A stretch of DNA of 64,000 nt from Tubulanus polymorphus (taxonomy: Eukaryota; Animalia; Nemertea), in NCBI RefSeq assembly GCF_964204645.1, contig NW_027437469.1:14001-78000 (forward strand), read 5' to 3'. A program made the translations under genes and the position numbers. Shown here piece by piece: positions 34,701 to 49,700 of this stretch; the stretch's first letter is position 1, and every line of letters begins with the position of its first letter. The notes beneath the pieces are model-generated. The model was given only the letters and a program-made list of their open reading frames with translations. It did no database searches and had not been told where the DNA came from.

Positions 34701-37700
34701 CGAGAAAAGACGTTTTCGTATCAAATATCCCCCCTATCGGAAAAACGACAATTTCGATGCGTAAAAGCGCTCAAATCGTCAGAAAAAGCACTTTTCGGAC
34801 CGAAAACGTCGTTCAGCGCAAGAAAAGACGTTTTCGTATCAAATATTCCCCCTATCGGAAAAACCACAGTGTCGATGCGTAAAAGCGCTCAAATCGTCAG
34901 GCAAAGCACTTTTCGGCCCGAAAATGTCGTTCAGTGCGAGAAAAGCCGTTTTCGTATCAGATATTCCCCCTATCGGAAAAACGACAATGTCGATGCGTAA
35001 AAGCGCTCAAATCGTCAGGAAAAGCACTTTTCGACGCGAAAACGTCGTTCGGCGCGAGAAAAGATGTTTTCGTATCAAATATTCCCCCTATCGAAAGAAC
35101 GACAATGTCGATGCGTAAAAGCGCTCAAATCGTCAGGAAAAGCACTTTTCAACGCGAAAACGTCGTCGTTCAGCGCGAGAAAAGACGTTTTCGTATCAAA
35201 TATTCCCCCTATCGGAAAAACGACAATTTCGATGCGTAAAAGCGCTCAAATCGTCAGAAAAAGCACTTTTCGGACCGAAAACGTCGTTCAGCGCAAGAAA
35301 AGACGTTTTCGTATCAAATATTCCCCCTATCGGAAAAAACCACAGTGTCGATGCGTAAAAGCGCTCAAATCGTCAGGAAAAGCACTTTTCGACGCGAAAA
35401 CGTCGTTCAGCGCGAGAAAAGACGTTTTCGTATCAAATATTCCCCCTATCGGAAAAACGACAATGTCGATGCGTAAAAGCGCTCAAATCGTCAGGAAAAG
35501 CACTTTTCGACGCGAAAACGTCGTACAGCGCGAGAAAAGACGTTTTCGTATCAAATATTCCCCCTATCGGAAAAACGACAATGTCGATGCGTAAAAGCGC
35601 TCAAATCGTCAGGAAAAGCACTTTGCGACGCGAAAACGTCGTTCAGCGCGAGAAAAGACGTTTTCGTATCAAATATTCCCCCTATCGGAAAAACGACAAT
35701 GTCGATGCGTAAAAGCGCTCAAATCGTCAGGAAAAGCACTTTTCGACGCGAAAACGTCGTTCAGCGCGAGAAAAGACGTTTTCGTATCAAATATTCCCCC
35801 TATCGGAAAAACGACAATGTCGATGCGTAAAAGCGCTCAAATCGTCAGGAAAAGCACTTTTCGACGCGAAAACGTCGTACAGCGCGAGAAAAGACGTTTT
35901 CGTATCAAATATTCCCCCTATCGGAAAAACGACAGTGTCGATGCGTAAAAGCGCTCAAATCGTCAGGCAAAGCACTTTTCGGCCCGAAAATGTCGTTCAG
36001 CGCGAGAAAAGACGTTTTCGTATCAAATATTCTCCCTATCGGAAAAACGTCAACGTCGATGCGTAAAAGCGCTCAAATCGTCAGGAAAAGCACTTTTCGA
36101 CGCGAAAACGTCGTTCGGCGTGAGAAAAGACGTTTTCGTATCAAATATTCCCCCTATCGAAAGAACGACAATGTCGATGCGTAAAAGCGCTCAAATCGTC
36201 AGGAAAAGCACTTTTCAACGCGAAAACGTCGTCGTTCAGCGCGAGAAAAGACGTTTTCGTATCAAATATTCCCCCTATCGGAAAAACGACAATGTCGATG
36301 CGTAAAAGCGCTCAAATCGTCAGAAAAAGCACTTTTCGGACCGAAAACGTCGTTCAGCGCAAGAAAAGTCGTTTTCGTATCAAATATTCCCCCTATCGGA
36401 AAAACCACAGTGTCGATGCGTAAAAGCGCTCAAATCGTCAGGAAAAGCACTTTTCGGCCCGAAAACGTCGTTCAGCGCGAGAAAAGACGTTTTCGTATCA
36501 AATATTCCCCCTATCGGAAAAACCACAGTGTCGATGCGTAAAAGCGCTCAAATCGTCAGGCAAAGCACTTTTCGGCCCGAAAATGTCGTTCAGTGCGAGA
36601 AAAGCCGTTTTCGTATCAAATATTCCCCCTATCGGAAAAACGACAATTTCGATGCGTAAAAGCGCTCAAATCGTCAGAAAAAGCACTTTTCGGACCGAAA
36701 ACGTCGTTCAGCGCAAGAAAAGACGTTTTCGTATCAAATATTCCCCCTATCGGAAAAAACCACAGTGTCGATGCGTAAAAGCGCTCAAATCGTCAGGAAA
36801 AGCACTTTTCGGACCGAAAACGTCGTTCAGCGCAAGAAAAGACGTTTTCGTATCAAATATTCCCCCTATCGGAAAAACAACAGTGTCGATGCGTAAAAGC
36901 GCTCAAATCGTCAGGAAAAGCACTTTTCGGCCCGAAAACGTCGTTCAGCGCGAGAAAAGACGTTTTCGTATCAAATATTCCCCCTATCGGAAAAACCACA
37001 GTGTCGATGCGTAAAAGCGCTCAAATCGTCAGGCAAAGCACTTTTCGGCCCGAAAATGTCGTTCAGTGCGAGAAAAGCCGTTTTCGTATCAAATATTCCC
37101 CCTATCGGAAAAACGTCAATGTCGATGCGTAAAAGCGCTCAAATCGTCAGGAAAAGCACTTTTCGACGCGAAAACGTCGTTCGGCGCGAGAAAAGACGTT
37201 TTCGTATCAAATATTCCCCCTATCGAAAGAACGACAATGTCGATGCGTAAAAGCGCTCAAATCGTCACGAAAAGCACTTTTCAACGCGAAAACGTCGTCG
37301 TTCAGCGCGAGAAAAGACGTTTTCGTATCAAATATTCCCCCTATCGGAAAAACGACAATGTCGATGCGTAAAAGCGCTCAAATCGTCAGGAAAAGCACTT
37401 TTCGGCCCGAAAACGTCGTTCAGCGCGAGAAAAGTAGTTTTCGTATCAAATATTCCCCCTATCGGAAAAACCACAGTGTCGATGCGTAAAAGCGCTCAAA
37501 TCGTCAGGCAAAGCACTTTTCGGCCCGAAAATGTCGTTCAGTGCGAGAAAAGCCGTTTTCGTATCAAATATTCTCCCTATCGGAAAAACGTCAACGTCGA
37601 TGCGTAAAAGCGCTCAAATCGTCAGGAAAAGCACTTTTCGACGCGAAAACGTCGTTCGGCGTGAGAAAAGACGTTTTCGTATCAAATATTTCCCCTATCG

Positions 37701-40700
37701 AAAGAACGACAATGTCGATGCGTAAAAGCGCTCAAATCGTCAGGAAAAGCACTTTTCAACGCGAAAACGTCGTCGTTCAGCGCGAGAAAAGACGTTTTCG
37801 TATCAAATATTCCCCCTATCGGAAAAACGACAATGTCGATGCGTAAAAGCGCTCAAATCGTCAGAAAAAGCACTTTTCGGACCGAAAACGTCGTTCAGCG
37901 CAAGAAAAGTCGTTTTCGTATCAAATATTCCCCCTATCGGAAAAACCACAGTGTCGATGCGTAAAAGCGCTCAAATCGTCAGGAAAAGCACTTTTCGGCC
38001 CGAAAACGTCGTTCAGCGCGAGAAAAGACGTTTTCGTATCAAATATTCCCCCTATCGGAAAAAACCACAGCGTCGATGCGTAAAAGCGCTCAAATCGTCA
38101 GGCAAAGCACTTTTCGGCCCGAAAATGTCGTTCAGCGCGAGAAAAGCCGTTTTCGTATCAAATATTCTCCCTATCGGAAAAACGTCAATGTCGATGCTTA
38201 AAAGCGCTCAAATCGTCAGGAAAAGCACTTTTCGACGCGAAAACGTCGTTCGGCGCGAGAAAAGACGTTTTCGTATCAAATATTCCCCCTATCGAAAGAA
38301 CGACAATGTCGATGCGTAAAAGCGCTCAAATCGTCAGGAAAAGCACTTTTCGGCCCGAAAACGTCGTTCAGCGCGAGAAAAGACGTTTTCGTATCAAATA
38401 TTCCCCCTATCGGAAAAACCACAGTGTCGATGCGTAAAAGCGCTCAAATCGTCAGGCAAAGCACTTTTCGGCCCGAAAATGTCGTTCAGCGCGAGAAAAG
38501 ACGTTTTCGTATCAAATATTCTCCCTATCGGAAAAACGTCAACGTCGATGCGTAAAAGCGCTCAAATCGTCAGGAAAAGCACTTTTCGACGCGAAAACGT
38601 CGTTCGGCGTGAGAAAAGACGTTTTCGTATCAAATATTCCCCCTATCGAAAGAACGACAATGTCGATGCGTAAAAGCGCTCAAATCGTCAGGAAAAGCAC
38701 TTTTCAACGCGAAAACGTCGTCGTTCAGCGCGAGAAAAGACGTTTTCGTATCAAATATTCCCCCTATCGGAAAAACGACAATGTCGATGCGTAAAAGCGC
38801 TCAAATCGTCAGAAAAAGCACTTTTCGGACCGAAAACGTCGTTCAGCGCAAGAAAAGTCGTTTTCGTATCAAATATTCCCCCTATCGGAAAAACCACAGT
38901 GTCGATGCGTAAAAGCGCTCAAATCGTCAGGCAAAGCACTTTTCGGCCCGAAAATGTCGTTCAGTGCGAGAAAAGCCGTTTTCGTATCAAATATTCCCCC
39001 TATCGGAAAAACGTCAATGTCGATGCGTAAAAGCGCTCAAATCGTCAGGAAAAGCACTTTTCGACGCGAAAACGTCGTTCGGCGCGAGAAAAGATGTTTT
39101 CGTATCAAATATTCCCCCTATCGAAAGAACGACAATGTCGATGCGTAAAAGCGCTCAAATCGTCAGGAAAAGCACTTTTCAACGCGAAAACGTCGTCGTT
39201 CAGCGCGAGAAAAGACGTTTTCGTATCAAATATTCCCCCTATCGGAAAAACGACAATTTCGATGCGTAAAAGCGCTCAAATCGTCAGAAAAAGCACTTTT
39301 CGGACCGAAAACGTCGTTCAGCGCAAGAAAAGACGTTTTCGTATCAAATATTCCCCCTATCGGAAAAACCACAGTGTCGATGCGTAAAAGCGCTCAAATC
39401 GTCAGGCAAAGCACTTTTCGGCCCGAAAATGTCGTTCAGTGCGAGAAAAGCCGTTTTCGTATCAGATATTCCCCCTATCGGAAAAACGACAATGTCGATG
39501 CGTAAAAGCGCTCAAATCGTCAGGAAAAGCACTTTTCGACGCGAAAACGTCGTTCGGCGCGAGAAAAGATGTTTTCGTATCAAATATTCCCCCTATCGAA
39601 AGAACGACAATGTCGATGCGTAAAAGCGCTCAAATCGTCAGGAAAAGCACTTTTCAACGCGAAAACGTCGTCGTTCAGCGCGAGAAAAGACGTTTTCGTA
39701 TCAAATATTCCCCCTATCGGAAAAACGACAATTTCGATGCGTAAAAGCGCTCAAATCGTCAGAAAAAGCACTTTTCGGACCGAAAACGTCGTTCAGCGCA
39801 AGAAAAGACGTTTTCGTATCAAATATTCCCCCTATCGGAAAAACCACAGTGTCGATGCGTAAAAGCGCTCAAATCGTCAGGCAAAGCACTTTTCGGCCCG
39901 AAAATGTCGTTCAGTGCGAGAAAAGCCGTTTTCGTATCAAATATTCCCCCTATCGGAAAAACGTCAACGTCGATGCGTAAAAGCGCTCAAATCGTCAGGA
40001 AAAGCACTTTTCGACGCGAAAACGTCGTTCGGCGCGAGAAAAGACGTTTTCGTATCAAATATTCCCCCTATCGAAAGAACGACAATGTCGATGCGTAAAA
40101 GCGCTCAAATCGTCAGGAAAAGCACTTTTCAACGCGAAAACGTCGTCGTTCAGCGCGAGAAAAGACGTTTTCGTATCAAATATTCCCCCTATCGGAAAAA
40201 CGACAATGTCGATGCGTAAAAGCGCTCAAATCGTCAGGAAAAGCACTTTTCGGGCCGAAAACGTCGTTCAGCGCGAGAAAAGTAGTTTTCGTATCAAATA
40301 TTCCCCCTATCGGAAAAACCACAGTGTCGATGCGTAAAAGCGCTCAAATCGTCAGGCAAAGCACTTTTCGGCCCGAAAATGTCGTTCAGCGCGAGAAAAG
40401 CCGTTTTCGTATCAAATATTCTCCCTATCGGAAAAACGTCCACGTCGATGCGTAAAAGCGCTCAAATCGTCAGGAAAAGCACTTTTCGACGCGAAAACGT
40501 CGTTCGGCGTGAGAAAAGACGTTTTCGTATCAAATATTCCCCCTATCGAAAGAACGACAATGTCGATGCGTAAAAGCGCTCAAATCGTCAGGAAAAGCAC
40601 TTTTCAACGCGAAAACGTCGTCGTTCAGCGCGAGAAAAGACGTTTTCGTATCAAATATTCCCCCTATCGGAAAAACGACAATGTCGATGCGTAAAAGCGC

Positions 40701-43700
40701 TCAAATCGTCAGAAAAAGCACTTTTCGGACCGAAAACGTCGTTCAGCGCAAGAAAAGTCGTTTTCGTATCAAATATTCCCCCTATCGGAAAAACCACAGT
40801 GTCGATGCGTAAAAGCGCTCAAATCGTCAGGAAAAGCACTTTTCGGCCCGAAAACGTCGTTCAGCGCGAGAAAAGACGTTTTCGTATCAAATATTCCCCC
40901 TATCGGAAAAAACCACAGTGTCGATGCGTAAAAGCGCTCAAATCGTCAGGCAAAGCACTTTTCGGCCCGAAAATGTCGTTCAGCGCGAGAAAAGCCGTTT
41001 TCGTATCAAATATTCTCCCTATCGGAAAAACGTCAATGTCGATGCTTAAAAGCGCTCAAATCGTCAGGAAAAGCACTTTTCGACGCGAAAACGTCGTTCG
41101 GCGCGAGAAAAGACGTTTTCGTATCAAATATTCCCCCTATCGAAAGAACGACAATGTCGATGCGTAAAAGCGCTCAAATCGTCAGGAAAAGCACTTTTCA
41201 ACGCGAAAACGTCGTCGTTCAGCGCGAGAAAAGACGTTTTCGTATCAAATATTCCCCCTATCGGAAAAACGACAATGTCGATGCGTAAAAGCGCTCAAAT
41301 CGTCAGGAAAAGCACTTTTCGGCCCGAAAACGTCGTTCAGCGCGAGAAAAGACGTTTTCGTATCAAATATTCCCTCTATCGGAAAAACCACAGTGTCGAT
41401 GCGTAAAAGCGCTCAAATCGTCAGGCAAAGCACTTTTCGGCCCGAAAATGTCGTTCAGCGCGAGAAAAGACGTTTTCGTATCAAATATTCTCCCTATCGG
41501 AAAAACGTCAACGTCGATGCGTAAAAGCGCTCAAATCGTCAGGAAAAGCACTTTTCGACGCGAAAACGTCGTTCGGCGTGAGAAAAGACGTTTTCGTATC
41601 AAATATTCCCCCTATCGAAAGAACGACAATGTCGATGCGTAAAAGCGCTCAAATCGTCAGGAAAAGCACTTTTCAACGCGAAAACGTCGTCGTTCAGCGC
41701 GAGAAAAGACGTTTTCGTATCAAATATTCCCCCTATCGGAAAAACGACAATGTCGATGCTTCAAAGCGCTCAAATCGTCAGAAAAAGCACTTTTCGGACC
41801 GAAAACGTCGTTCAGCGCAAGAAAAGTCGTTTTCGTATCAAATATTCCCCCTATCGGAAAAACCACAGTGTCGATGCGTAAAAGCGCTCAAATCGTCAGG
41901 CAAAGCACTTTTCGGCCCGAAAATGTCGTTCAGTGCGAGAAAAGCCGTTTTCGTATCAAATATTCCCCCTATCGGAAAAACGTCAATGTCGATGCGTAAA
42001 AGCGCTCAAATCGTCAGGAAAAGCACTTTTCGACGCGAAAACGTCGTTCGGCGCGAGAAAAGACGTTTTCGTATCAAATATTCCCCCTATCGAAAGAACG
42101 ACAATGTCGATGCGTAAAAGCGCTCAAATCGTCAGGAAAAGCACTTTTCAACGCGAAAACGTCGTCGTTCAGCGCGAGAAAAGACGTTTTCGTATCAAAT
42201 ATTCCCCCTATCGGAAAAACGACAATGTCGATGCGTAAAAGCGCTCAAATCGTCAGGAAAAGCACTTTTCGGGCCGAAAACGTCGTTCAGCGCGAGAAAA
42301 GTAGTTTTCGTATCAAATATTCCCCCTATCGGAAAAACCAGAGTGTCGATGCGTAAAAGTGCTCAAATCGTCAGGCAAAGCACTTTTCGGCCCGAAAATG
42401 TCGTTCAGCGCGAGAAAAGCCGTTTTCGTATCAAATATTCTCCCTATCGGAAAAACGTCAACGTCGATGCGTAAAAGCGCTCAAATCGTCAGGAAAAGCA
42501 CTTTTCGACGCGAAAACGTCGTTCGGCGTGAGAAAAGACGTTTTCGTATCAAATATTCCCCCTATCGAAAGAACGACAATGTCGATGCGTAAAAGCGCTC
42601 AAATCGTCAGGAAAAGCACTTTTCAACGCGAAAACGTCGTCGTTCAGCGCGAGAAAAGACGTTTTCGTATCAAATATTCCCCCTATCGGAAAAACGACAA
42701 TGTCGATGCGTAAAAGCGCTCAAATCGTCAGAAAAAGCACTTTTCGGACCGAAAATGTCGTTCAGCGCGAGAAAAGCCGTTTTCGTATCAAATATTCTCC
42801 CTATCGGAAAAACGTCAATGTCGATCGGTAAAAGCGCTCAAATCGTCAGGAAAAGCACTTTTCGACGCAAAAACGTCGTTCGGCGCGAGAAAAGACGTTT
42901 TCGTTATCAAATATTCCCCCTATCGGAAAAACGTCAATGTCGATGCGTAAAAGCGCTCAAATCGTCAGGAAAAGCACTTTTCGGCCGGAAACGTCGTTCA
43001 GCGCGAGAAAAGACGTTTTCGTATCAAATATTCCCCCTATCGGAAAAACGACAATGTCGATGCGTAAAAGCGCTCAAATCGTCAGGAAAAGCACTTTCGG
43101 CCGAAAACGTCGGTTCAGCGCGAGAAGACGTTTTCGTATCAAATATTCCCTCTATCGAAAAACCACAGTGTCGATGCGTAAAAGCGCTCAAATCGACAGG
43201 CAAAGCACTTTCGGCCCGAAATGTCGTTCAGCGCGAGAAAAGACGTTTTCGTATCAAATATTCTCCCTATCGGAAAAACGTCAACGTCGATGCGTAAAAG
43301 CGCTCAAATCGTCAGGAAAAGCACTTTTCGACGCGAAAACGTCGTTCGGCGTGAGAAAAGACGTTTTCGTATCAAATATTCCCCCTATCGAAAGAACGAC
43401 AATGTCGATGCGTAAAGCGCTCAAATCGTCAGGAAAAGCACTTTTCAACGCGAAAACGTCGTCGTTCAGCGCGAGAAAAGACGTTTTCGTATCAAATATT
43501 CCCCCTATCGGAAAAACGACAATGTCGATGCTTCAAAGCGCTCAAATCGTCAGAAAAAAGCACTTTTCGGACCGAAAACGTCGTTCAGCGCAAGAAAAGT
43601 CGTTTTCGTATCAAATATTCCCCCTATCGGAAAAACCACAGTGTCGATGCGTAAAAGCGCTCAAATCGTCAGGCAAAGCACTTTTCGGCCGAAAATGTCG

Positions 43701-46700
43701 TTCAGTGCGAGAAAAGCCGTTTTCGTATCAAATATTCCCCCTATCGGAAAAACGTCAATGTCGATGCGTAAAAGCGCTCAAATCGTCAGGAAAAGCACTT
43801 TTCGACGCGAAAACGTCGTTCGGCCGAGAAAAGACGTTTCGTATCAAATATTCCCCCTATCGAAAGAACGACAATGTCGATGCGTAAAAGCGCTCAAATC
43901 GTCAGGAAAAGCACTTTTCAACGCGAAAACGTCGTCGTTCAGCGCGCGAGAAAGACGTTTTCGTATCAAATATTCCCCCTATCGGAAAAACGACAATGTC
44001 GATGCGTAAAAAGCGCTCAAATCGTCAGGAAAAGCACTTTTCGGGCCGAAAACGTCGTTCAGCGCGAGAAAAGTAGTTTTCGTATCAAATATTCCCCCTA
44101 TCGGAAAAACCAGAGTGTCGATGCGTAAAAGTGCTCAAATCGTCAGGCAAAGCACTTTTCGGCCCGAAAATGTCGTTCAGCGCGAGAAAAGCCGTTTCGT
44201 ATCAAATATTCTCCCTATCGGAAAAACGTCAACGTCGATGCGTAAAAGCGCTCAAATCGTCAGGAAAGCACTTTTCGACGCGAAAACGTCGTTCGGCGTG
44301 AGAAAAGACGTTTTCGTATCAAATATTCCCCTATCGAAAGAACGACAATGTCGATGCGTAAAAGCGCTCAAATCGTCAGGAAAAGCACTTTTCAACGCGA
44401 AAACGTCGTCGTTCAGCGCGAGAAAAGACGTTTTCGTATCAAATATTCCCCCTATCGGAAAAACGACAATGTCGATGCGTAAAAGCGCTCAAATCGTCAG
44501 AAAAAGCACTTTTCGGACCGAAATGTCGTTCAGCGCGAGAAAAGCCGTTTTCGTATCAAATATTCTCCCTATCGGAAAAACGTCAATGTCGATCGGTAAA
44601 AGCGCTCAAATCGTCAGGAAAAGCACTTTTCGACGCAAAAACGTCGTTCGGCGCGAGAAAAGACGTTTTCGTTATCAAATATTCCCCTATCGGAAAACGT
44701 CATGTCGATGCGTAAAAGCGCTCAAATCGTCAGGAAAAGCACTTTTCGGCCGGAAACGTCGTTCAGCGCGAGAAAAGACGTTTCGTATCAAATATTCCCC
44801 CTATCGGAAAAACGACAATGTCGGACGCGTAAAAGCGCTCAAATCGTCAGGGAAAGCGCTTTTCGACCCGAAAACGTCGTTAAGCGCGAGAAAAGACGTT
44901 TTCGTATCAAATATTCCCCCTATCGGAAAAACGACAATGTCGACGCGTAAAAGCGCTCAAATCGTCAGGAAAGCACTTTTCGGCCCGAAAACGTCGTTCA
45001 GCGCGAGAAAAGCCGTTTTCGTATCAAATATTCCCCTATCGGAAAAACGACAATGTCGACGCGTAAAAGCGCTCAAATCGTCAGGAAAAGCACTTTTCGG
45101 CCCGAAAACGTCGTTCAGCGCGAGAAAAAGACGTCTTCGTATCAAATATTCCCCCTATCGGAAAAACCAGAGTGTCGATGCGTAAAAGTGCTCAAATCGT
45201 CAGGCAAAGCACTTTTCGGCCCGAAAATGTCGTTCAGCGCGAGAAAAGCCGTTTTCGTATCAAATATTCTCCCTATCGGAAAAACGTCAACGTCGATGCG
45301 TAAAAGCGCTCAAATCGTCAGGAAAAGCACTTTTCGACGCGAAAACGTCGTTCGGTGTGAGAAAAGACGTTTTCGTATCAAATATTCCCCCTATCGAAAG
45401 AACGACAATGTCGATGCGTAAAAGCGCTCAAATCGTCAGGAAAAGCACTTTTCAACGCGAAAACGTCGTCGTTCAGCGCGAGAAAAGACGTTTTCGTATC
45501 AAATATTCCCCCTATCGGAAAAACGACAATGTCGATGCGTAAAAGCGCTCAAATCGTCAGAAAAAGCACTTTTCGGACCGAAAATGTCGTTCAGCGCGAG
45601 AAAAGCCGTTTTCGTATCAAATATTCTCCCTATCGGAAAAACGTCAATGTCGATGCGTAAAAGCGCTCAAATCGTCAGGAAAAGCACTTTTCGACGCGAA
45701 AACGTCGTTCGGCGCGAGAAAAGACGTTTTCGTTATCAAATATTCCCCCTATCGGAAAAACGTCAATGTCGATGCGTAAAAGCGCTCAAATCGTCAGGAA
45801 AAGCACTTTTCGGCCGGAAACGTCGTTCAGCGCGAGAAAAGACGTTTTCGTATCAAATATTCCCCCTATCGGAAAAACGACAATGTCGACGCGTAAAAGC
45901 GCTCAAATCGTCAGGGAAAGCGCTTTTCGACCCGAAAACGTCGTTAAGCGCGAGAAAAGACGTTTTCGTATCAAATATTCCCCCTATCGGAAAAACGACA
46001 ATGTCGACGCGTAAAAGCGCTCAAATCGTCAGGAAAAGCACTTTTCGGCCCGAAAACGTCGTTCAGCGCGAGAAAAGCCGTTTTCGTATCAAATATTCCC
46101 CCTATCGGAAAAACGACAATGTCGACGCGTAAAAGCGCTCAAATCGTCAGGAAAAGCACTTTTCGGCCCGAAAACGTCGTTCAGCGCGAGAAAAGACGTC
46201 TTCGTATCAAATATTCCCCCTATCAAAAAAACGACAATGTCGATGCGTAAAGGCGCTCAAATCGTCAGGAAAAGCACTTTTCGGCCCGAAAACGTCGTTC
46301 AGCGCGAGAAAAGACGTTTTCGTATCAAATATTCCCCCTATCGGAAAAACCACAGTGTCGATGCGTAAAAGCGCTCAAATCGTCAGGCAAAGCACTTTTC
46401 GGCCCGAAAATGTCGTTCAGTGCGAGAAAAGCCGTTTTCGTATCAAATATTCCCCCTATCGGAAAAACGTCAATGTCGATGCGTAAAAGCGCTCAAATCG
46501 TCAGGAAAAGCACTTTTCGACGCGAAAACGTCGTTCGGCGCGAGAAAAGACGTTTTCGTATCAAATATTCTCCCTATCGAAAGAACGACAATGTCGATGC
46601 GTAAAAGCGCTCAAATCGTCAGGAAAAGCACTTTTCAACGCGAAAACGTCGTCGTTCAGCGCGAGAAAAGACGTTTTCGTATCAAATATTCCCCCTATCG

Positions 46701-49700
46701 GAAAACGACAATGTCGATGCGTAAAAGCGCTCAAATCGTCAGGAAAAGCACTTTTCGGCCCGAAAACGTCGTTCAGCGCGAGAAAAGTAGTTTTCGTATC
46801 AAATATTCCCCCTATCGGAAAAACCAGAGTGTCGATGCGTAAAAGTGCTCAAAACGTCAGGCAAAGCACTTTTCGGCCCGAAAATGTCGTTCAGCGCGAG
46901 AAAAGCCGTTTTCGTATCAAATATTCTCCCTATCGGAAAAACGTCAACGTCGATGCGTAAAAGCGCTCAAATCGTCAGGAAAAGCACTTTTCGACGCGAA
47001 AACGTCGTTCGGCGTGAGAAAAGACGTTTTCGTATCAAATATTCCCCCTATCGAAAGAACGACAATGTCGATGCGTAAAAGCGCTCAAATCGTCAGGAAA
47101 AGCACTTTTCAACGCGAAAACGTCGTCGTTCAGCGCGAGAAAAGACGTTTTCGTATCAAATATTCCCCCTATCGGAAAAACGACAATGTCGATGCGTAAA
47201 AGCGCTCAAATCGTCAGAAAAGCACTTTTCGGACCGAAAATGTCGTTCAGCGCGAGAAAAGCCGTTTTCGTATCAAATATTCTCCCTATCGGAAAAACGT
47301 CAATGTCGATGCGTAAAAGCGCTCAAATCGTCAGGAAAAGCACTTTTCGACGCGAAAACGTCGTTCGGCGCCGAGAAAAGACGTTTTCGTTATCAAATAT
47401 TCCCCCTATCGGAAAAACGTCAATGTCGACGCGTAAAAGCGCTCAAATCGTCAGGAAAAGCACTTTTCGGCCCGAAACGTCGTTCAGCGCGAGAAAAGCC
47501 GTTTTCGTATCAAATATTCCCCCTATCGGAAAAACGACAATGTCGACGCGTAAAGCGCTCAAATCGTCAGGAAAAGCACTTTCGGCCCGAAAACGTCGTT
47601 CAGCGCGAGAAAAGACGTCTTCGTATCAAATATTCCCCCTATCAAAAAAACGACAATGTCGATGCGTAAAGGCGCTCAAATCGTCAGGAAAAGCACTTTT
47701 CGGCCCGAAAACGTCGTTCAGCGCGAGAAAAGACGTATTCGTATCAAATATTCCCCCTATCGGAAAAACGACAATGTCGATGCGTAAAAGCGCTCAAATC
47801 GTGGGGAAAAGCACTTTTCGGCCGAAAACGTCGTTCAGCGCGAGAAAAGACGTTTTCGTATCAAATATTCCCACTATCGGATAAAACGACAATGTCGATG
47901 CGTAAAAGCGCTCAAATCGTCAGGAAAAGCACTTTTCGGACCGAAAACGTCGTTCAGAGCGAGAAAAGACGTTTTCGTATCAAATATTCCCCCTATCGAA
48001 AAAACGACAATGTCGATGCGTAAAAGCGCTCAAATCGTCAGGGAAAGCACTTTTCGGACCGAAAACGTCGTTCAGCGCGAGAAAAGACGTTTTCGTATCA
48101 AATATTCCCCCTATCGGAAAAACGACAATATCGATGCGTAAAAGCGCTCAAATCGTCAGGAAAAGCACTTTTCGGACCGAAAACGTCGTTCAGCGCTAGA
48201 AAAGACGTTTTCGTATCAAATATTCCCCCTATCGGAAAAACGACAATGTCGATGCGGAAAGGCGCTCAAATCGTCAGGAAAAGCACTTTCTTCGGGCCGA
48301 AAACGTCGTTCAGCGAGAGAAAAGACGTATTCGTATCAAATATTCCCCTATCGGAAAAACGACAATACCGATGCGTAAAAGCGCTCAAATCGTCAGGAAA
48401 AGCACTTTTCGGCCCGAAAACGTCGTTCAGTGCGAGAAAAGACGTTTTCGTATCAAAGATTCCCCCTATCGAAAGAACGACAATGTCGATGCGTAAAAGC
48501 GCTCAAATCGTCAGGAAAAGCACTTTTCGACCCAAAAATGTCGTTCGGCGCGAGAAAAGACGTTTTCGTATCAAATATTCCCCCTATCGAAAGAACGACA
48601 ATGTCGATGCGTAAAAGCGCTCAAATCGTCAGGAAAAGCACTTTTCAACGCGAAAACGTCGTCGTTCAGCGCGAGAAAAGACGTTTTCGTATCAAATATT
48701 CCCCCTATCGGAAAAACGACAATGTCGATGCGTAAAAGCGCTCAAATCGTCAGGAAAAGCACTTTTCGGCCCGAAAACGTCGTTCAGCGCGAGAAAAGTA
48801 GTTTTCGTATCAAATATTCCCCCTATCGGAAAAACCAGAGTGTCGATGCGTAAAAGTGCTCAAATCGTCAGGCAAAGCACTTTTCGGCCCGAAAATGTCG
48901 TTCAGCGCGAGAAAAGACGTTTTCGTATCAAATATTCTCCCTATGCGAAAAACGTCAACGTCGATGCGTAAAAGCGCTCAAATCGTCAGGAAAAGCACTT
49001 TTCGACGCGAAAACGTCGTTCGGCGTGAGAAAAGACGTTTTCGTATCAAATATTCCCCTATCGAAAGAACGACAATGTCGATGCGTAAAAGCGCTCAAAT
49101 CGTCAGGAAAAGCACTTTCAACGCGAAAACGTCGTCGTTCAGCGCGAGAAAAGACGTTTTCGTATCAAATATTCCCCCTATCGGAAAACGACAATGTCGA
49201 TGCGTAAAGCGCTCAAATCGTCAGAAAAAGCACTTTTCGGACCGAAAATGTCGTTCAGCGCGAGAAAAGCCGTTTTCGTATCAAATATTCTCCCTATCGG
49301 AAAAACGTCAATGTCGATGCGTAAAGCGCTCAAATCGTCAGGAAAAGCACTTTTCGACGCGAAAACGTCGTTCGGCGCGAGAAAAGACGTTTTCGTTATC
49401 AAATATTCCCCCTATCGGAAAACGTCAATGTCGATGCGTAAAAGCGCTCAAATCGTCAGGAAAAGCACTTTTCGGCCGGAAACGTCGTTCAGCGCGAGAA
49501 AAGACGTTTTCGTATCAAATATTCCCCCTATCGGAAAAACGACAATGTCGACGCGTAAAAGCGCTCAAATCGTCAGGAAAAGCGCTTTTCGACCCGAAAA
49601 CGTCGTCTAAGCGCGAGAAAAGACGTTTTCGTATCAAATATTCCCCCTATCGGAAAAACGACAATGTCGACGCGTAAAAGCGCTCAAATCGTCAGGAAAA

